Shown: in pieces, positions 40,471 to 52,517 of the stretch
Numbering within the stretch: the stretch's first letter is position 1
Layout of the letters: the number at the start of each line of letters is the position of its first letter
From: Basidiobolus meristosporus CBS 931.73
Lineage: Eukaryota > Fungi > Basidiobolomycota
Direction: 5' to 3'
Assembly: GCA_002104905.1 (NCBI GenBank)
Contig: MCFE01000275.1
Span: 41,678 to 105,677, forward strand
Length of the DNA: 64,000 bases
Program-made: the position numbers and the translations under genes
The notes under the pieces: model-generated
What the model was told of the DNA's origin: nothing
The model's input: only the letters and a program-made list of their open reading frames with translations
Database searches by the model: none

Positions 40471-41695
40471 TTTGTTGCCGTATCTCCTTTGATGCAATAC
40501 ATTTATATCCCCGGGGCTCATGTGTATGGGGAGCGAGGGCTAGTTATGTGCACTTGTGACACTCACGGCCCCACGAATATTACAAATCTGTTGGGTACAC
40601 CACCGTTTCACGTAGTCCAATACTGGTCAATGGAATACCAGAAATTCGTCAAGTTGCATCACAGGTGGCTATTGGGGCTTCCAAATTTCCCCAATACACC
40701 AGCATAGACCAGTTTACATCCACTCAGCTCGAGAGCTGCTTATGTGTATACAATGTGGGTTGGTAGAATGTATCTGATAGGTCGTTTCCCATGTTGAATT
40801 TACCGGAAGTTACAGCATCGGGGCTCCAAACAAACAAGTAGAAAACCTGGCTTGAAATGTTTCGAAGGCTTACAATTGAGATTGAGGGGTCAAGGTACTC
40901 ACCTCTACTATTAATAGCAGATCTGCCTCTTCACCATATCGAATTTTCCATCTCATAGTCATGCTACCTGGTCGAATGTACCTAGGAGACACAAGGGAAC
41001 ATATATTGCCCTCCAGGTAGGGGCATTAGTGTTTGGTATGGATGCGCCTACAACGTTGCTACAAAAAGCACAGTAAATAGTTGAAAATCGGAATGGGCAG
41101 GCTGCAATTGGTGGTTTTTTTGGAGGGTAGTATTCGTGTGCCTACCTGGCGAAACTAGTCGTGTGATGGCGTTGTCCCAGAGGTTGTAGACAAAGTTGAG
41201 CAATTGGGATATCGTTTACCATTTACGGTTCCATATGCAATCATACCTAGTCTATCAGCCAATGTCAACGTTTAACAGTTTTAAGTGGTCAGTCAATGCT
41301 CTTCCCAGAGAACACACGACAGTAATCTAGCTCATTCCTTGAACATAGTGAACAATGGGTTCCGCAAAATGTCAACAATGCTTCACCATGGGCAGATATT
41401 TGGCTCGGCATTCGATCAAGCTGGGCCTGAAGAATTTGGGAGTGATGATGAAATCACCTCACCAGAAAAGCAGGAATAGTATGTGGTACAATGAACTAAC
41501 GCACACGCCAGGTTGAATGCTAATATCTCAAGTGCAAGGCGATCTTATATTGATAGGTAGCTTAGCATATCGTTCTTCAATTAATATACATGACGTCTGC
41601 AAGATAAGAAATAATGGGATATGAAGCGGAATACGCATGGACCACCCCAAGGGCTACAGTGGATCACTGCCAGGTTGGTCGACTACGAGAAGTAG

Positions 41696-43180
41696 CTAAT
41701 AGAGTGGTCTGAAATCAACATTGAGGTCGCGAATTGCCATCAAACCTGCAGATGGCTTGGTCTTTAGTCGATCAAAGTGAATGCTATCCTTAGGCAAGGA
41801 CCATACGAATTTCCTCAATAGCATGCTCAGTACCACACGTTGCTCGATGAGCGAGAAATTCATTCCAATGCAGCGGCGCAAGCCACCACCAAACGGTATC
41901 CAAGAGTGGAGGTCATGCTCGGCCTCATCATCCATGAATCTTTCGGGCATGAAGCCATATGGATTTTCCCAGTTATTCGGGTTATGGTGTACAGAGTAGA
42001 TGTGTACATTGACTGGGGTGCCAACCGGAAGAACATACTCTCCAAACTGGACCGGCTTTGTGCACCGACGAGGAACAACCTGAGGCGCAGATGGGTTAAG
42101 GCGCATGGATTCCTTTATAATAGCAGTGATAAAGGGAAACTGGCTTTGCTGTTGGGCAAAGGATGGCCAGACATCTTTGCCTCCGTTGCCTAATACTGCA
42201 TTTGCTTCTTCTCGTGCTCGTTGTTGTATATGCGGGTGGATGGCTAAATAATATATGGCAGTTGCAAGTGCATTGGCAGTGGTGTCGTGGCCAGCAATAA
42301 AGAAAATAATAACATCATTGCGGATCTCTTCGGGAGTGAGTGTATTATCCTCCTCCTTGCTAGCCAAAACCATTAATGTAACCAAGTCGGCCTTTTCATG
42401 ATCGACCTCTTTCTCACGGATGGCGTCCACTTTGCTGTTAATAATACTCATGATGAACTGGTTGAAACGTTCGAGCTCATCCTGATATCCGCGTCGACCA
42501 ATCAACGGTAGACTCTCTAGGTACGGAAACAGCACATAAAACGGGTTGTTGATTCCAGTCATAATGGTGTTGTATAGTTGGACAGTCTCCCCCCTTTGAT
42601 TCTCGATGGAGTTGAAGTCATAATCGAAGATCATCCTTCCAAGTGCATCCAAGGTCATGTGCTGCATCAGCTCTGTTACGGGTACAGATCCCTGGGTTTT
42701 TCCAATTTGCACGATCAATTTGGATACCAACTCACCAAACGCTGCCGTGGCCCACGAACGATGAAAAGCCGGGTTGGCCACGCGACGGTGCTTCTTCCAC
42801 TCCTCGTCATTGGCCGAGAGTATATTCACTTGCGAAAGTTTAGACCTCAGCGTATTTGGTTGCTCTTTGCTTAGCTGGATTTTGGGGAATGTATCGGCCT
42901 TCATGAAGATTGTTTTGGCATAATCCGGGTTTGAGACAGTCACCATCCACCTTCCAAAAATGAACTGCCTGCCAATTCCCTTCTTGTTCAAGACAGGTAC
43001 TGTGAGTTTGTCGAATCGTTCCGAGTTATCCAGCGAGGCGAGTGTGGCGAGCAAATACTGCCATAGCGATACTGATGGGAGGCTGCGTAGAGCAGGGGGA
43101 CACTGTATTTTAGTATATAAAAGCCAGGCTATCATGCCAACCGAAGATAGCACTAAGATCTGGACAGAGAATGATTCCAT
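41696..43180 (-). CDS. Cytochrome P450
   Basis: N-terminal membrane anchor, FIAGHDTT, ESMR (ExxR), PERF, PFGGGLRRCIG heme motif; intronless. Start at the ATG of MESF (43180). Confidence 0.96.
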   Translation of the reverse strand: MESFSVQILVLSSVGMIAWLLYTKIQCPPALRSLPSVSLWQYLLATLASLDNSERFDKLTVPVLNKKGIGRQFIFGRWMVTVSNPDYAKTIFMKADTFPKIQLSKEQPNTLRSKLSQVNILSANDEEWKKHRRVANPAFHRSWATAAFGELVSKLIVQIGKTQGSVPVTELMQHMTLDALGRMIFDYDFNSIENQRGETVQLYNTIMTGINNPFYVLFPYLESLPLIGRRGYQDELERFNQFIMSIINSKVDAIREKEVDHEKADLVTLMVLASKEEDNTLTPEEIRNDVIIFFIAGHDTTANALATAIYYLAIHPHIQQRAREEANAVLGNGGKDVWPSFAQQQSQFPFITAIIKESMRLNPSAPQVVPRRCTKPVQFGEYVLPVGTPVNVHIYSVHHNPNNWENPYGFMPERFMDDEAEHDLHSWIPFGGGLRRCIGMNFSLIEQRVVLSMLLRKFVWSLPKDSIHFDRLKTKPSAGLMAIRDLNVDFRPLY

Positions 43181-44541
43181 AGTGGCTTGGCCAAAGTTAT
43201 CAATAAGGCTCAAAGTGCAACTGGATTTCTTTTGTGTTTGGTTCTCGATTACGAGTATTTATAATTACAGCAAGGCCGACTAAAATCCAAGTACTTTCGT
43301 ACTCTCAAAGGGCGGGATTATGCGCTTCCTTTCAACCAGGCTCATCGCACCAAGATTAGCCGTGGATTAAGGGTGACACACGCTTAGTGCGCAGGTGACT
43401 CCCTGGGCATCTAACTCATCGCAAGTGTATTGAAGTATCTCACCAAGCGTGATGTCATGCCACTCATCCAACTCTGGATACTTATTCAGTGGTTGACGCA
43501 CAGATCGGGCACAACATTTTCCGGATACCCGGTAAGATGGGTGGAGTTCAAAGCCATGTCGCGTGAAGCCACACACACTAGATAAATGACATGTCGGGTG
43601 TTCACATTGTCCTGGTCTCAGATGCACACGTCACTTGCGCCCAGAAAACGCTCTGGCTATATCGCTCATAAAGAAGGATAAGCCCACCGCTCTAAATCCG
43701 TATACACTCCCTCTGCATGCCCCACCTTATAGCAGTGTATTTCAATTTGGTATCTATCTCACACATGCCCACAGCAGAGTGCCTGCCGTAAGTTCGCAGC
43801 AGTCCGGGGGGTGGCAAACTTGAAATCCGAGGGAAATCCTCTCCAGCCGCGCTCACGACTTTCGTAAAGCACAGATACACGAAGGTACTGTGTAGATGAC
43901 TGCCATTAGGGCCAGCCAAAAAATATAATCGCGTCTCTCTTTGTAAATTGCGAAGTATGCATTTCATACGAAGCTTCTTTACATAAAGACTTGACATAAT
44001 CTGGTCTAGGGAGGTGCCAATACCAAGCCCATATCCATTGCTAAAAAAAAGACACCGTATTTGTTCAAGATTACATAGCTAGGTTCAACGATACACAGTG
44101 GTTCCAATGTGAGCTCTCGACAGACAAAAACAGAAGGCAGAGCTATGACGCCCGGAGTTCATCTGTTTTTGAGGGTTGAACATGGTTTTATGTGTGTAAT
44201 CCAGCTTGGGATTATCCAACCAGACCCAGCTACTTGCAAAAATAGGAGTTTATTTACAGTGATTGCTACACGTTGATGATTCTTGGAGACTGGGCTCAGA
44301 GAACTGTTGGAATAAATATCATAACATTCAAGCAGACTCCCAGAGGCATGAACTGGATACATTCTTTGGGACCAACCTTTCGATCTCGTAATATGTTAAG
44401 CAGTCATTAACAATGAACAAATATCTGTCTGAAATGGCATTATCTGGAATGCCTATTTGTCAATCGGATACCTACAAGGAACCCGGGCTGTTGTGTCGTT
44501 GATACTTAGAAGGGTTACGAAATCACCGGACTAGCGCGTAA

Positions 44542-45564
44542 CTACTCAATTGATTCCAGCAGTTCATTTTGATTATTGAACAGATCCGAATGCTGGATTC
44601 CTGTGAACTCACGCATCTCCCAATGAATTTGCATCCGATGTAAGAATAAGTTGCGCAAAGATGCATCGATGCTACGACGATGGCAATACCAGTCCAGCAC
44701 CCGATTCTGGAATTCCACCCCCAAGTGTCGAACAATCGCCAAGTCTTAAGCAGGGTCAGCAATTTCTGCTGTTTCGAAAAAAACCACTCCAACGATGTTG
44801 GGTAATCCCTCAGATGCAACGAGAATATTCTCATACCCAAAGTCACCATGTATCAGTGTTGGCGTAAAGTCGTCAACACTGTCATCTTACAGCACGGTAT
44901 CCCACCATCCACTTGCTTTTTGTAACTCGGCAGACGTGAGGTATCTCTCTAGAGGTGAATGTGCATCTTGATACATTTGTTGCCACTTTTGGCACCGCTA
45001 TCAAGACAAATATTCTGACAGACCGGCTATTGATTGTGAGATCTGAGTGATGTGAAGGTTATGCAGCACTGTCAGAAAGTATGGCATCGGTTCCGCCACT
45101 TGCATCCTTAATCGTTCTGTTGTGAGCATTTACGGTAACAGTGGTACTCCAGGAATAATCGCACAGCCAATGTAGCCATGTGGAAAATCTGACTTTGATG
45201 GACAATAATATACAGGGATAGAAATCATCATATTCATGCTTGCTGCGTTGGAATATCGCTGGAGCATTGGTAACAGTAGTTCTTTCTTACACCCCCACCG
45301 AGCAGTTCTATTCCTTGCTATTCGAAACCCCCACATGCTATCTAAGCTAACTGTCACACTACTGAAACCGTCTGATAGCGCTTGCAAAGTTGATGTTGAG
45401 TGCCACAACTCTGGAAATAATTGTTGAAGGTCATTTGTGAAATTGGAGTATAGCTCTTCCTCTGTTTCAACTAGTGTTTGTGTTGTATTGACTTCAGCGG
45501 CTAAACTGACCATAGAAGGTGGACCCAGCAAGTAGCTAATGAGAAGCATAAAACCAAATAACAT
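44542..45564 (-). pseudogene. Aminoglycoside-phosphotransferase/choline-kinase-like (APH family) pseudogene with N-terminal hydrophobic leader
   Basis: One 341-codon frame with five in-frame stops: WGFRIAR..KKELLLP..IPGVPLLP*..PTLIHGDFGYENILV (44850) ..GVVFFETAEIADPA*DLA..VEFQNRVLDWY. Confidence 0.8.
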
Positions 45565-45625
45565 AGATGGACAAATATTTATTGGTTTCCTCTAATCATT
45601 GGATCCATGACCATCCTCCAATCCA

Positions 45626-46170
45626 TAGGGTTAGGGTCAGGGGTCTAAAATCTTTTATTGAATCTGATTAAGTATAGTAATACCATTTCAACTTGATTCA
45701 AGTTGAATAATGCAAATTGTACAAAGAAGTTATATCTATAGTAATGTGAAGGTAAATATAATGCTGATATTGAGTTGAGTTCTGAAAAGGAATTTGTCAA
45801 CAAATCAGGCTAGAATATGAAGTAAAGCTGGGAGTTAATTAAAAGCAAAGCACCAAGGGAAAGTGTAAAGCTATACTACCACTTCTTGGAAGGCAGTGAC
45901 CTCTCAGGAAGGCAGAAGCTCTGGTCTAATTGCAGATATGATAGCAGAAAGTCTCTGGATGAGCTTCCTTTGTTTGTGGAATTGGAACAAAAATTGGGTA
46001 TCTTTGAACCCAAAGCAGCTCTCTATATGAGAGAAGTAAAAATACCTGCTACAGTAGGGGCATTTGGAGCCCAAGGAAAGCGTGTTCATTCTCCACCTTA
46101 AGGTGTGGAAGGCAAAGAAGGAACTCCTGATGTAAAGGGATATGTCTGCTCCACTACTCTGCATTATAAT
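45626..46170 (-). mobile_element. 3' fragment of a LINE-like element with C-terminal CxxC-H-C knuckle and TTAGGG-type tail
   Basis: TLRWRMNTLSLGSKCPYCSRYFYFSHIESC, then AATAAA (tttatt 45654-45659), then taggg-ttaggg-tcaggg at 45626-45642; CpG-poor. Confidence 0.65.
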
Positions 46171-46357
46171 GCGTTCAAAGTGCTATACATATATATGTAT
46201 GTATATATGCGCAAGAAAGAGAATCCTTTGGCTTACTATAAGGGTTTAAAACTACATGAAAATGATGGTTTCTATCTTCATCCCATTGCTAAACACTTGG
46301 AATGTGTATATATATATATCACTATAGCTTGAAATATCCTAAAGCTGCACTTAGGAC

Positions 46358-46583
46358 TGTTATGAAATCCAGGCCAGTTCCCGTCCTTCTGTTTGGTGTA
46401 ACAAGGTCTGTCCTTTATTTTAGCGTAGGATCTACTTTTTATACATTTCTCGATCATTTGCATACAACTTGTCTTACTTTAGCCCATCAGTCTTTGATCA
46501 TCTTTGATGATTTTTGGTGTTGACGCATCTCTATATGCGACAACTTGCTGCCTGTTCTGGTCGGGATTCAGACTTTCATAACA
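46358..46583 (-). repeat. 3' LTR of the Ty3/Gypsy element
   Basis: TGTTATGAAA...TTTCATAACA with 10-bp inverted termini; identical to 50781-51006. PPT GAAGAAGGGGAAAA at 46584-46597. Confidence 0.95.
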
Positions 46584-49472
46584 TTTTCCCCTTCTTCGAT
46601 TGATTCTTCTCCTGAAGAATCCTCGTCTTTATGGTACCAAACCTTCTTTTCGGGGAATGGTCCGCCTTGCAATGCTATTTTTAGTCTGTCTCGGTGGACT
46701 AACGTTTTCTGAACTTGGCCACTCATATCTACGAGCTGATATGTTGAGAATGGCATTATTCTACTTACAACGAATGGGCCCATCCAGTACGGTTGAAACT
46801 TCTTGTGGTCCTCCTTTCGTATTAGAACCTTTGTTCCAACTTCCAGCTCTTGGTCACCTACATTTTTATCGTATCGCAATTTCATTTGTTGACCTTGACT
46901 TTCAAGTCTTTTTATCACTTCCTCTCGTTTGTGGCCTAACGCCTCCAATTCTCGTATTCTCCATTCTGCTTTATCGTCTTCATTGTCGAGATTCCAGAGG
47001 TTTGGCCGTACTGTGTCACCTGGGATTTTTGGCTCTCGTCCATATACTAAGTAGAAGGGTGAATACCCTGTAGCTACATGGCATTGTATTCGACACGCAG
47101 AAACTGCCTGTTGCACGAATTCATCCCATTTGTGGCGTGCACCTTGGACGTAGGTTGTTAGCATTCTACAAAACAACCCATTAAAACGTTCATTCACCCC
47201 ATTAGTTCTAGGGTGCAATGCCGATGTTTTTAAGTGTTTAATTCCTTGCTTCCTAACATAGCTTCCCATTACGCCTTCAATAAAGTTTCGCCCTCTGTCG
47301 GTAAGTATTTCTTCTGGGCAACCAAACTGTAACAGTATTTCTTCATATAAGAACGTAGCTACCTCTTTTGCTGTAGCTCTTCTTATTGCTTTAGCAATTG
47401 GCCACTTTGTGGTGTGGTCTATAGCAGTTAGTATCCATTTGTTACCCTTTTTTGTTTCTGGCAACCTTCCGATGAAGTCTAAACTCCACCGACTAAATGC
47501 TGGGACTTGTGGTAATGGGTGAAGTTGTGCCTCTTGTTTTCTTCCCGGCGTGGCTAACTGACAGTTGGGGCAGAACCGAATAACTTTTGCAATATCTTGA
47601 GTCATATTTGGCCACCAGGCTCGAGGCTTCAGTAAGTTTAAGACTCCTTGCACTCCTAAATGGCCATATGCTTGATGATATTTGCAGATTAGATCTGCGC
47701 GCAATATATGTGGGCAAAACAGGATTTCTAGGTCTTGTATTTTTCTGTACAAAACTTCTTCATTTATGCAAAACTTGTCTGCTTCCTGTCTTACTAATTC
47801 TTTAACTTCTGCAGGGATCTCTTCTGGGAAGGTTTGCTCCTGTAGGTATTGAGGTATTAGAGTTGGCCAATCCAACGCATCTATCATGAGGATTGTGTTT
47901 TCTATTGTCTGTTCTTGTGTCTCCTCTTCCATCCTGGAGAGTGCATCGGCTACTTTATTTGAGCTACCTTTTATGTAGGTGATCTCAAAATTGAATTGTT
48001 GCAAGTATTCTATCCAACACAGCATTCTTCTTGATAAGGTTTTTTGTGTATTAACAAATCTTAGACTTGCATGATCTGTTCGGATAATACACTTTTTTTC
48101 CTTCTAGGTAGCATCGCCACACTTTCAAACAGACAATTATTGCCAATAACTCTTTTTCGTGTGTTGGATAATTATGTTCTGCTGCTGAGAGTTTTCTACT
48201 TTCGAACGCAATTGGATGCTCCTGTTTGTCCTGATATTGTGACAGTACTCCCCCTACAGCCCATAGTGAAGCATCGGTTGTTAAATAGAAGGTTTTTGAA
48301 TAATCCGGGCTTTTCAACACTGGGGCGTTTACTAATGCAACCTTCAACTGTTGGAATGCAACTTCACATTTTTTTGACCAAGTGCACGTCCTTTCTTGCT
48401 TTAGTAAGTCCGTCAGTGGCGCTGCTATCTGTGCAAAGCCTGCTATAAACTTTCGGTAATATGACGCTAACCCTAGAAACAATCGTAGCTTGGTTATCGA
48501 GTTTGGGTATGGCCACTCTTCTATTATCTTTACTTTCTTATTGTCAACTTTCAGGCCTTCTGTGGTAATCACATGTCCTAAATATTCAATTTCTTTTGTA
48601 TTGAACTGACATTTTTCCTTGTTTGCTACTAATTTTTCTCTTCGCAAAATATCAAAGACAATTCGCAGATGGTCTTGATGTTCTGCTAGTGTTTTGCTAT
48701 ATATTAATATATCATCTAGGTATACTAATATAAATTGATCTAGATATTGATGAAAAATGCTATTCATCAATGTCATAAAGGTGGCCGGTGCGTTGGTGAG
48801 TCCAAAACTCATTACCACAAACTCGTAATGACCGTAGCGTGTGCAGAATGCTGTTTTCTCAATATCACCTTCTTGAATTCGGATTTGGTAGTAGCCGCTT
48901 TTTAGATCTATCTTTAAAAACACCCTTGCACCATTCAGGTTGTCAAACAGTTCGTCAATTCGGGGGAGTGGGTACTTGTTTTTGATTGTCGCTGAATTTA
49001 GGGCTCGATAGTCCACACACAAACGAAGTGACCCATCCTTCTTCTTAACAAACAATACCGGTGCTCCAAACGGTGATTTACTTGGCCTTATATAACCTTT
49101 CTCTAACAATTCAGCTAATTGTTTTTTTAATTCTTGTAGCTCCAATGGACTCATCCGGTAAGGCTGTTTTGACACCGGTGAGCTGTTTTCTAGATCAATC
49201 TTGTGATCCACGCTTCTTTTTGGTGGTAAGCCTTTGAGTACATTGAACACATCTTGGTACTCATCTAAGATATTTTGGATATCCTGCGTGTTGTTGGTTT
49301 GCTTGGTGTCTTCATCTAGAATGCTGTATATAATTCCAACATTGCTTTTGTCTACTTTCCTTGCTGCTTTAGAAAGTTGTGACTTTGTAATTACGGGTAC
49401 CTCCTCTTCTTTTAGCAGTTCTGTGTTTGGTTTACAGATTACCTGCCGCCTCCCTTCCTCATATACTGCCAC
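46568..49472 (-). pseudogene. pol: reverse transcriptase, RNase H, integrase (frameshifted near 48095)
   Basis: [60 protein letters not shown] motif; no chromodomain. Confidence 0.93.
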
Positions 49473-49520
49473 TTCTTGCGTTTGCCAATTGATGACAGGA
49501 TTTTGTTTGTACAGCCATGG

Positions 49521-50735
49521 TTATCCTAAAATTACATCAAAGTTTGCATTGGTAATTATCTTTGCAACCACTTCATTGCTGTATGTTGGAATGCTCCATT
49601 GAAAGTTTGTTTCACTCCCAATTTGTATGGGGCTTTGTGCTGCCAACTTTATATACTTTTTTCTAGTTGGTTGCACTATAAGCTTCAGCTGCACTGCCAA
49701 CTTTTTGGATATAAAGTTATCACTTGCACCACTGTCTAGGATAATCTTCACGGGGTAGTTGTTTACTTGGGCTACCCATTGAACAATTGGTCGTGTCTGC
49801 TCCTCTTTTTGCTTGTTAAATTGATCCACCATATGTATAATATGTTGGTCCTGTATTTCGTTCAAGGTTTCTTCAGTGTCCTCATTATCCTGTTCAGTAG
49901 CTTTACTTTTCTTCCGGTTGGGGCACTCAAAAAATCTATGACCTTTCTTATTGCATTTAAAGCACAAGTTATGTTTGATGCAATACTCCTTATCTTTTTT
50001 CTTTGGTGTAGACTTCTTGTCAGCTTCATGTGCTTCTTTTTTTGTGCTGTGTACATTATCAAACATAATCTGGTCATATCTTTCTGCAATCCTGTGGGCC
50101 TCTTTGAATGAGCTTGGATCTCGAAGCTCCACTTCTTTCCTGGTGGACCTTTGGAGTCCACGTACATATTGATCCAGTATTTCATCTTCCGATATTCCAT
50201 CAATTTCTAATAGGATAATTTTGAATTCATTGGTATAGCTGCTAACTGTTCCCTTCTGGACTAGCTGTGCCAGTTTATCTCGAGCATGTTTAGTTGCTGT
50301 CACAAGCTTGAATTCTGCCTTCAATTCTTGCTTAAACTGGTTCCACTTTTCAATTTCAACTTCAAGTCCTTCTTGGACCCTCTTCATGTGAGACCTCCAC
50401 CACAATAGCGCCTGTCCCCTGAACAGACTTGATGCATAATCAACCATTTGCATCTTACTAACGTTTGTGAATTTTAGGTATTTTTCAACCTGAAAAATCC
50501 AAGAATCCACATTTGACTTCCCGTTGAATGTATCAGGCTTTGCTAACTTTGCATGACCGGATTCCAAACTTCCATATGCCTTCAGAATATCTTCTTTAGT
50601 AGGCAACTCTTCCTGTGCACTATACTGTGCTTTTAGCCACTGGTTCTCTTCTTTCAATTCTTGTAATTGCTCTCGCAGCAATGTATTAATGTCTTCACCA
50701 GGGCTGCTTCCTTTAGTACTCTTGCTAGTACTCAT
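49521..50735 (-). CDS. gag (CCHC knuckle) plus aspartic protease, ending at a premature in-frame TAA
   Basis: [35 protein letters not shown] continuing in frame into RT. Confidence 0.9.
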   Translation of the reverse strand: MSTSKSTKGSSPGEDINTLLREQLQELKEENQWLKAQYSAQEELPTKEDILKAYGSLESGHAKLAKPDTFNGKSNVDSWIFQVEKYLKFTNVSKMQMVDYASSLFRGQALLWWRSHMKRVQEGLEVEIEKWNQFKQELKAEFKLVTATKHARDKLAQLVQKGTVSSYTNEFKIILLEIDGISEDEILDQYVRGLQRSTRKEVELRDPSSFKEAHRIAERYDQIMFDNVHSTKKEAHEADKKSTPKKKDKEYCIKHNLCFKCNKKGHRFFECPNRKKSKATEQDNEDTEETLNEIQDQHIIHMVDQFNKQKEEQTRPIVQWVAQVNNYPVKIILDSGASDNFISKKLAVQLKLIVQPTRKKYIKLAAQSPIQIGSETNFQWSIPTYSNEVVAKIITNANFDVILG

Positions 50736-50780
50736 TTTCTTGTAGTTTGGAGGATTATTTGTTGTTTTGCTGCTACCAAA

Positions 50781-51006
50781 TGTTATGAAATCCAGGCCAG
50801 TTCCCGTCCTTCTGTTTGGTGTAACAAGGTCTGTCCTTTATTTTAGCGTAGGATCTACTTTTTATACATTTCTCGATCATTTGCATACAACTTGTCTTAC
50901 TTTAGCCCATCAGTCTTTGATCATCTTTGATGATTTTTGGTGTTGACGCATCTCTATATGCGACAACTTGCTGCCTGTTCTGGTCGGGATTCAGACTTTC
51001 ATAACA
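50781..51006 (-). repeat. 5' LTR of the Ty3/Gypsy element
   Basis: Identical to 46358-46583. PBS TGGTAGC (50778-50772), consistent with the tRNA-iMet 3' end, follows after 2 nt. Confidence 0.95.
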
Positions 51007-51017
51007 TGTGTAAGAGT

Positions 51018-51090
51018 GGGGCGTTGGCCTAATGGATAAGGCATCAGACTTCGGATCTGGGGATTGTGGGTTCGAGTCCCATGCGCCTCG
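51018..51090 (+). tRNA. tRNA-Arg(UCG)
   Basis: Cloverleaf: acceptor GGGGCGT/GCGCCTC, D-arm TGGCCTAATGGATAAGGC, anticodon stem TCAGA/TCTGG with loop CTTCGGA, T-loop GTTCGAGTC. Confidence 0.93.
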
Positions 51091-51589
51091 TATATTTTGA
51101 TGATGGAATAAAACATTACTTGTATAGGATTTTTGAAGCATCTTTGCCAACAAGGTAGTTGCCAGTATGCCAACTTTAGGCAAAGTATTATTAACAAGTA
51201 GAGATTTGGCTGGACCATTTGGTTATTTAACTAATTAAATACAATTGTTTTTTCTGGATGGGTGTTTTACTTCGTTTATTTCATATCATATTCTGATAAA
51301 CCAGAATCTGAATATTTATTTTTTGGAGTTGTTTTGATAATTCGTCATATTCGTTTTATCTTTTCTTAAGACTTAAACCATGCCTCCTGCCAGTAAACAT
51401 CTTGATGTTAATGTGCGTGTATCAGTATTCAAGCGATTTATCAAACATAAGGAAGTCAAACGACTTTTATCTCTGCGTTTTGACTGGAATACACCTGGTT
51501 TGAGCTTCAAGGGAGTTACCACTGCACGCTCAACAGTCAACGGCAATGTGAAATATGATGTCATTTTGGATCTGGTACCGGGGATTACA

Positions 51590-52517
51590 TTGACAAGCGA
51601 TTAGTCAAGCCTTGGTTTGGTACTGGCCGTACCGTTATTGCTGACTCTTGGTTCGGATCCCCAAATATGACAATGATGCTGGCTGAACCTGGTCTGTATT
51701 CCATTATGCAAGTGACTAAACGATGCTACTGGCCATGTGGTATGCCCACCACCGATATTGTTGCTAGTGTTGGCAACTTGTATGGTGCTCACTTTACTAT
51801 GAACTAGACAACAAGGAGCGGGAGAATCTTTGTCTGCGCCTACCGTGATTACAAGATCAAAGCATTTATTTCTTCTTGCAGCACAACAAGGCTTACTGGA
51901 CAGAGAACTTTTGTAGGGGACAATGGTGAAGTGATAACCATTCAGCGACCAGAAGTGGTTGAAGAATATGAGACCCATAAAAGTAAGTAGAATCCTGTCT
52001 TGAAGAAACAACATGTGCTCCATTTACTATATTTGTAGGTTCGGTTGATGCTGCTAATAACCTTTGAGATAATTTGACATCTTATCATGATGTTATATCT
52101 ACAGAAAGATGGGAGATGCGTTTCTACGGCTTCATCCTGGGTATCTGTAAAGCCAATGCCTATAGCTCTTATCGTACATTTTCTTATCAAAAGCGTGGCG
52201 TATCTCATTTCTCTTTCAAGGATATTTTAGCATACAATTTCTTGCAATATTGTAAGAATTTGGCCGGTTCAGACATCAAGGGGCCCTTGGGTAGTCAGAG
52301 GCAACTCAGAAGTGATGAAAATCACACTTACCTGTCGGTGAGTAAAGGTTATGGCTCAAAGCGCCGTAGATTAGCTTGCAAAACTTGTACTACCGCTCAT
52401 GTTACAGGCACTAAGGTTGAGTTTTCATGCAGTTGCAACCCTGGCCACCCAATGTGTAAAGACTGCTATACCAGGCACTTGAAGGTGGTATATGAAAAAA
52501 CAAATAATGCTCAATAA
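51590..52517 (+). mobile_element. piggyBac-like transposase relic (C-terminal half) with a 56-nt intron (51983-52038)
   Basis: RLVKPWFGTGRTVIADSWFGS, AYRD, RPEVVEEYETHK|SSVDAANNL*D, and a Cys-rich tail CKTC..CSC..CKDC..H. Premature TAG and TGA; no TIRs recognised. Confidence 0.85.

Larger units (their letters stand above)
46358..51006 (-). mobile_element. Ty3/Gypsy LTR retrotransposon, full length, defective
   Basis: Two identical 226-bp LTRs, PBS, PPT, gag-PR-RT-RH-IN order. In-frame TAA in the protease (49521-49523) and a +1 A in an A7 run in RNase H (48093-48099). Confidence 0.96.

Noticed and set aside
46354-46357. GGAC immediately left of both LTRs (46358 and 58590) as a shared target motif
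   Set aside because: Only two cases from different families, one explained by LINE sequence; a 4-bp match is plausible by chance.
48093-48099. Frameshift in the Ty3 RNase H as a programmed event
   Set aside because: It lies within RNase H rather than at the gag-pol junction and in an A7 homopolymer, so a mutation or sequencing error is more likely.
49521-49523. In-frame TAA in the Ty3 element as gag-pol readthrough
   Set aside because: It falls inside the protease (DVILG*PW), after the catalytic DSG, and the context is not a recognised leaky stop; treated as nonsense.
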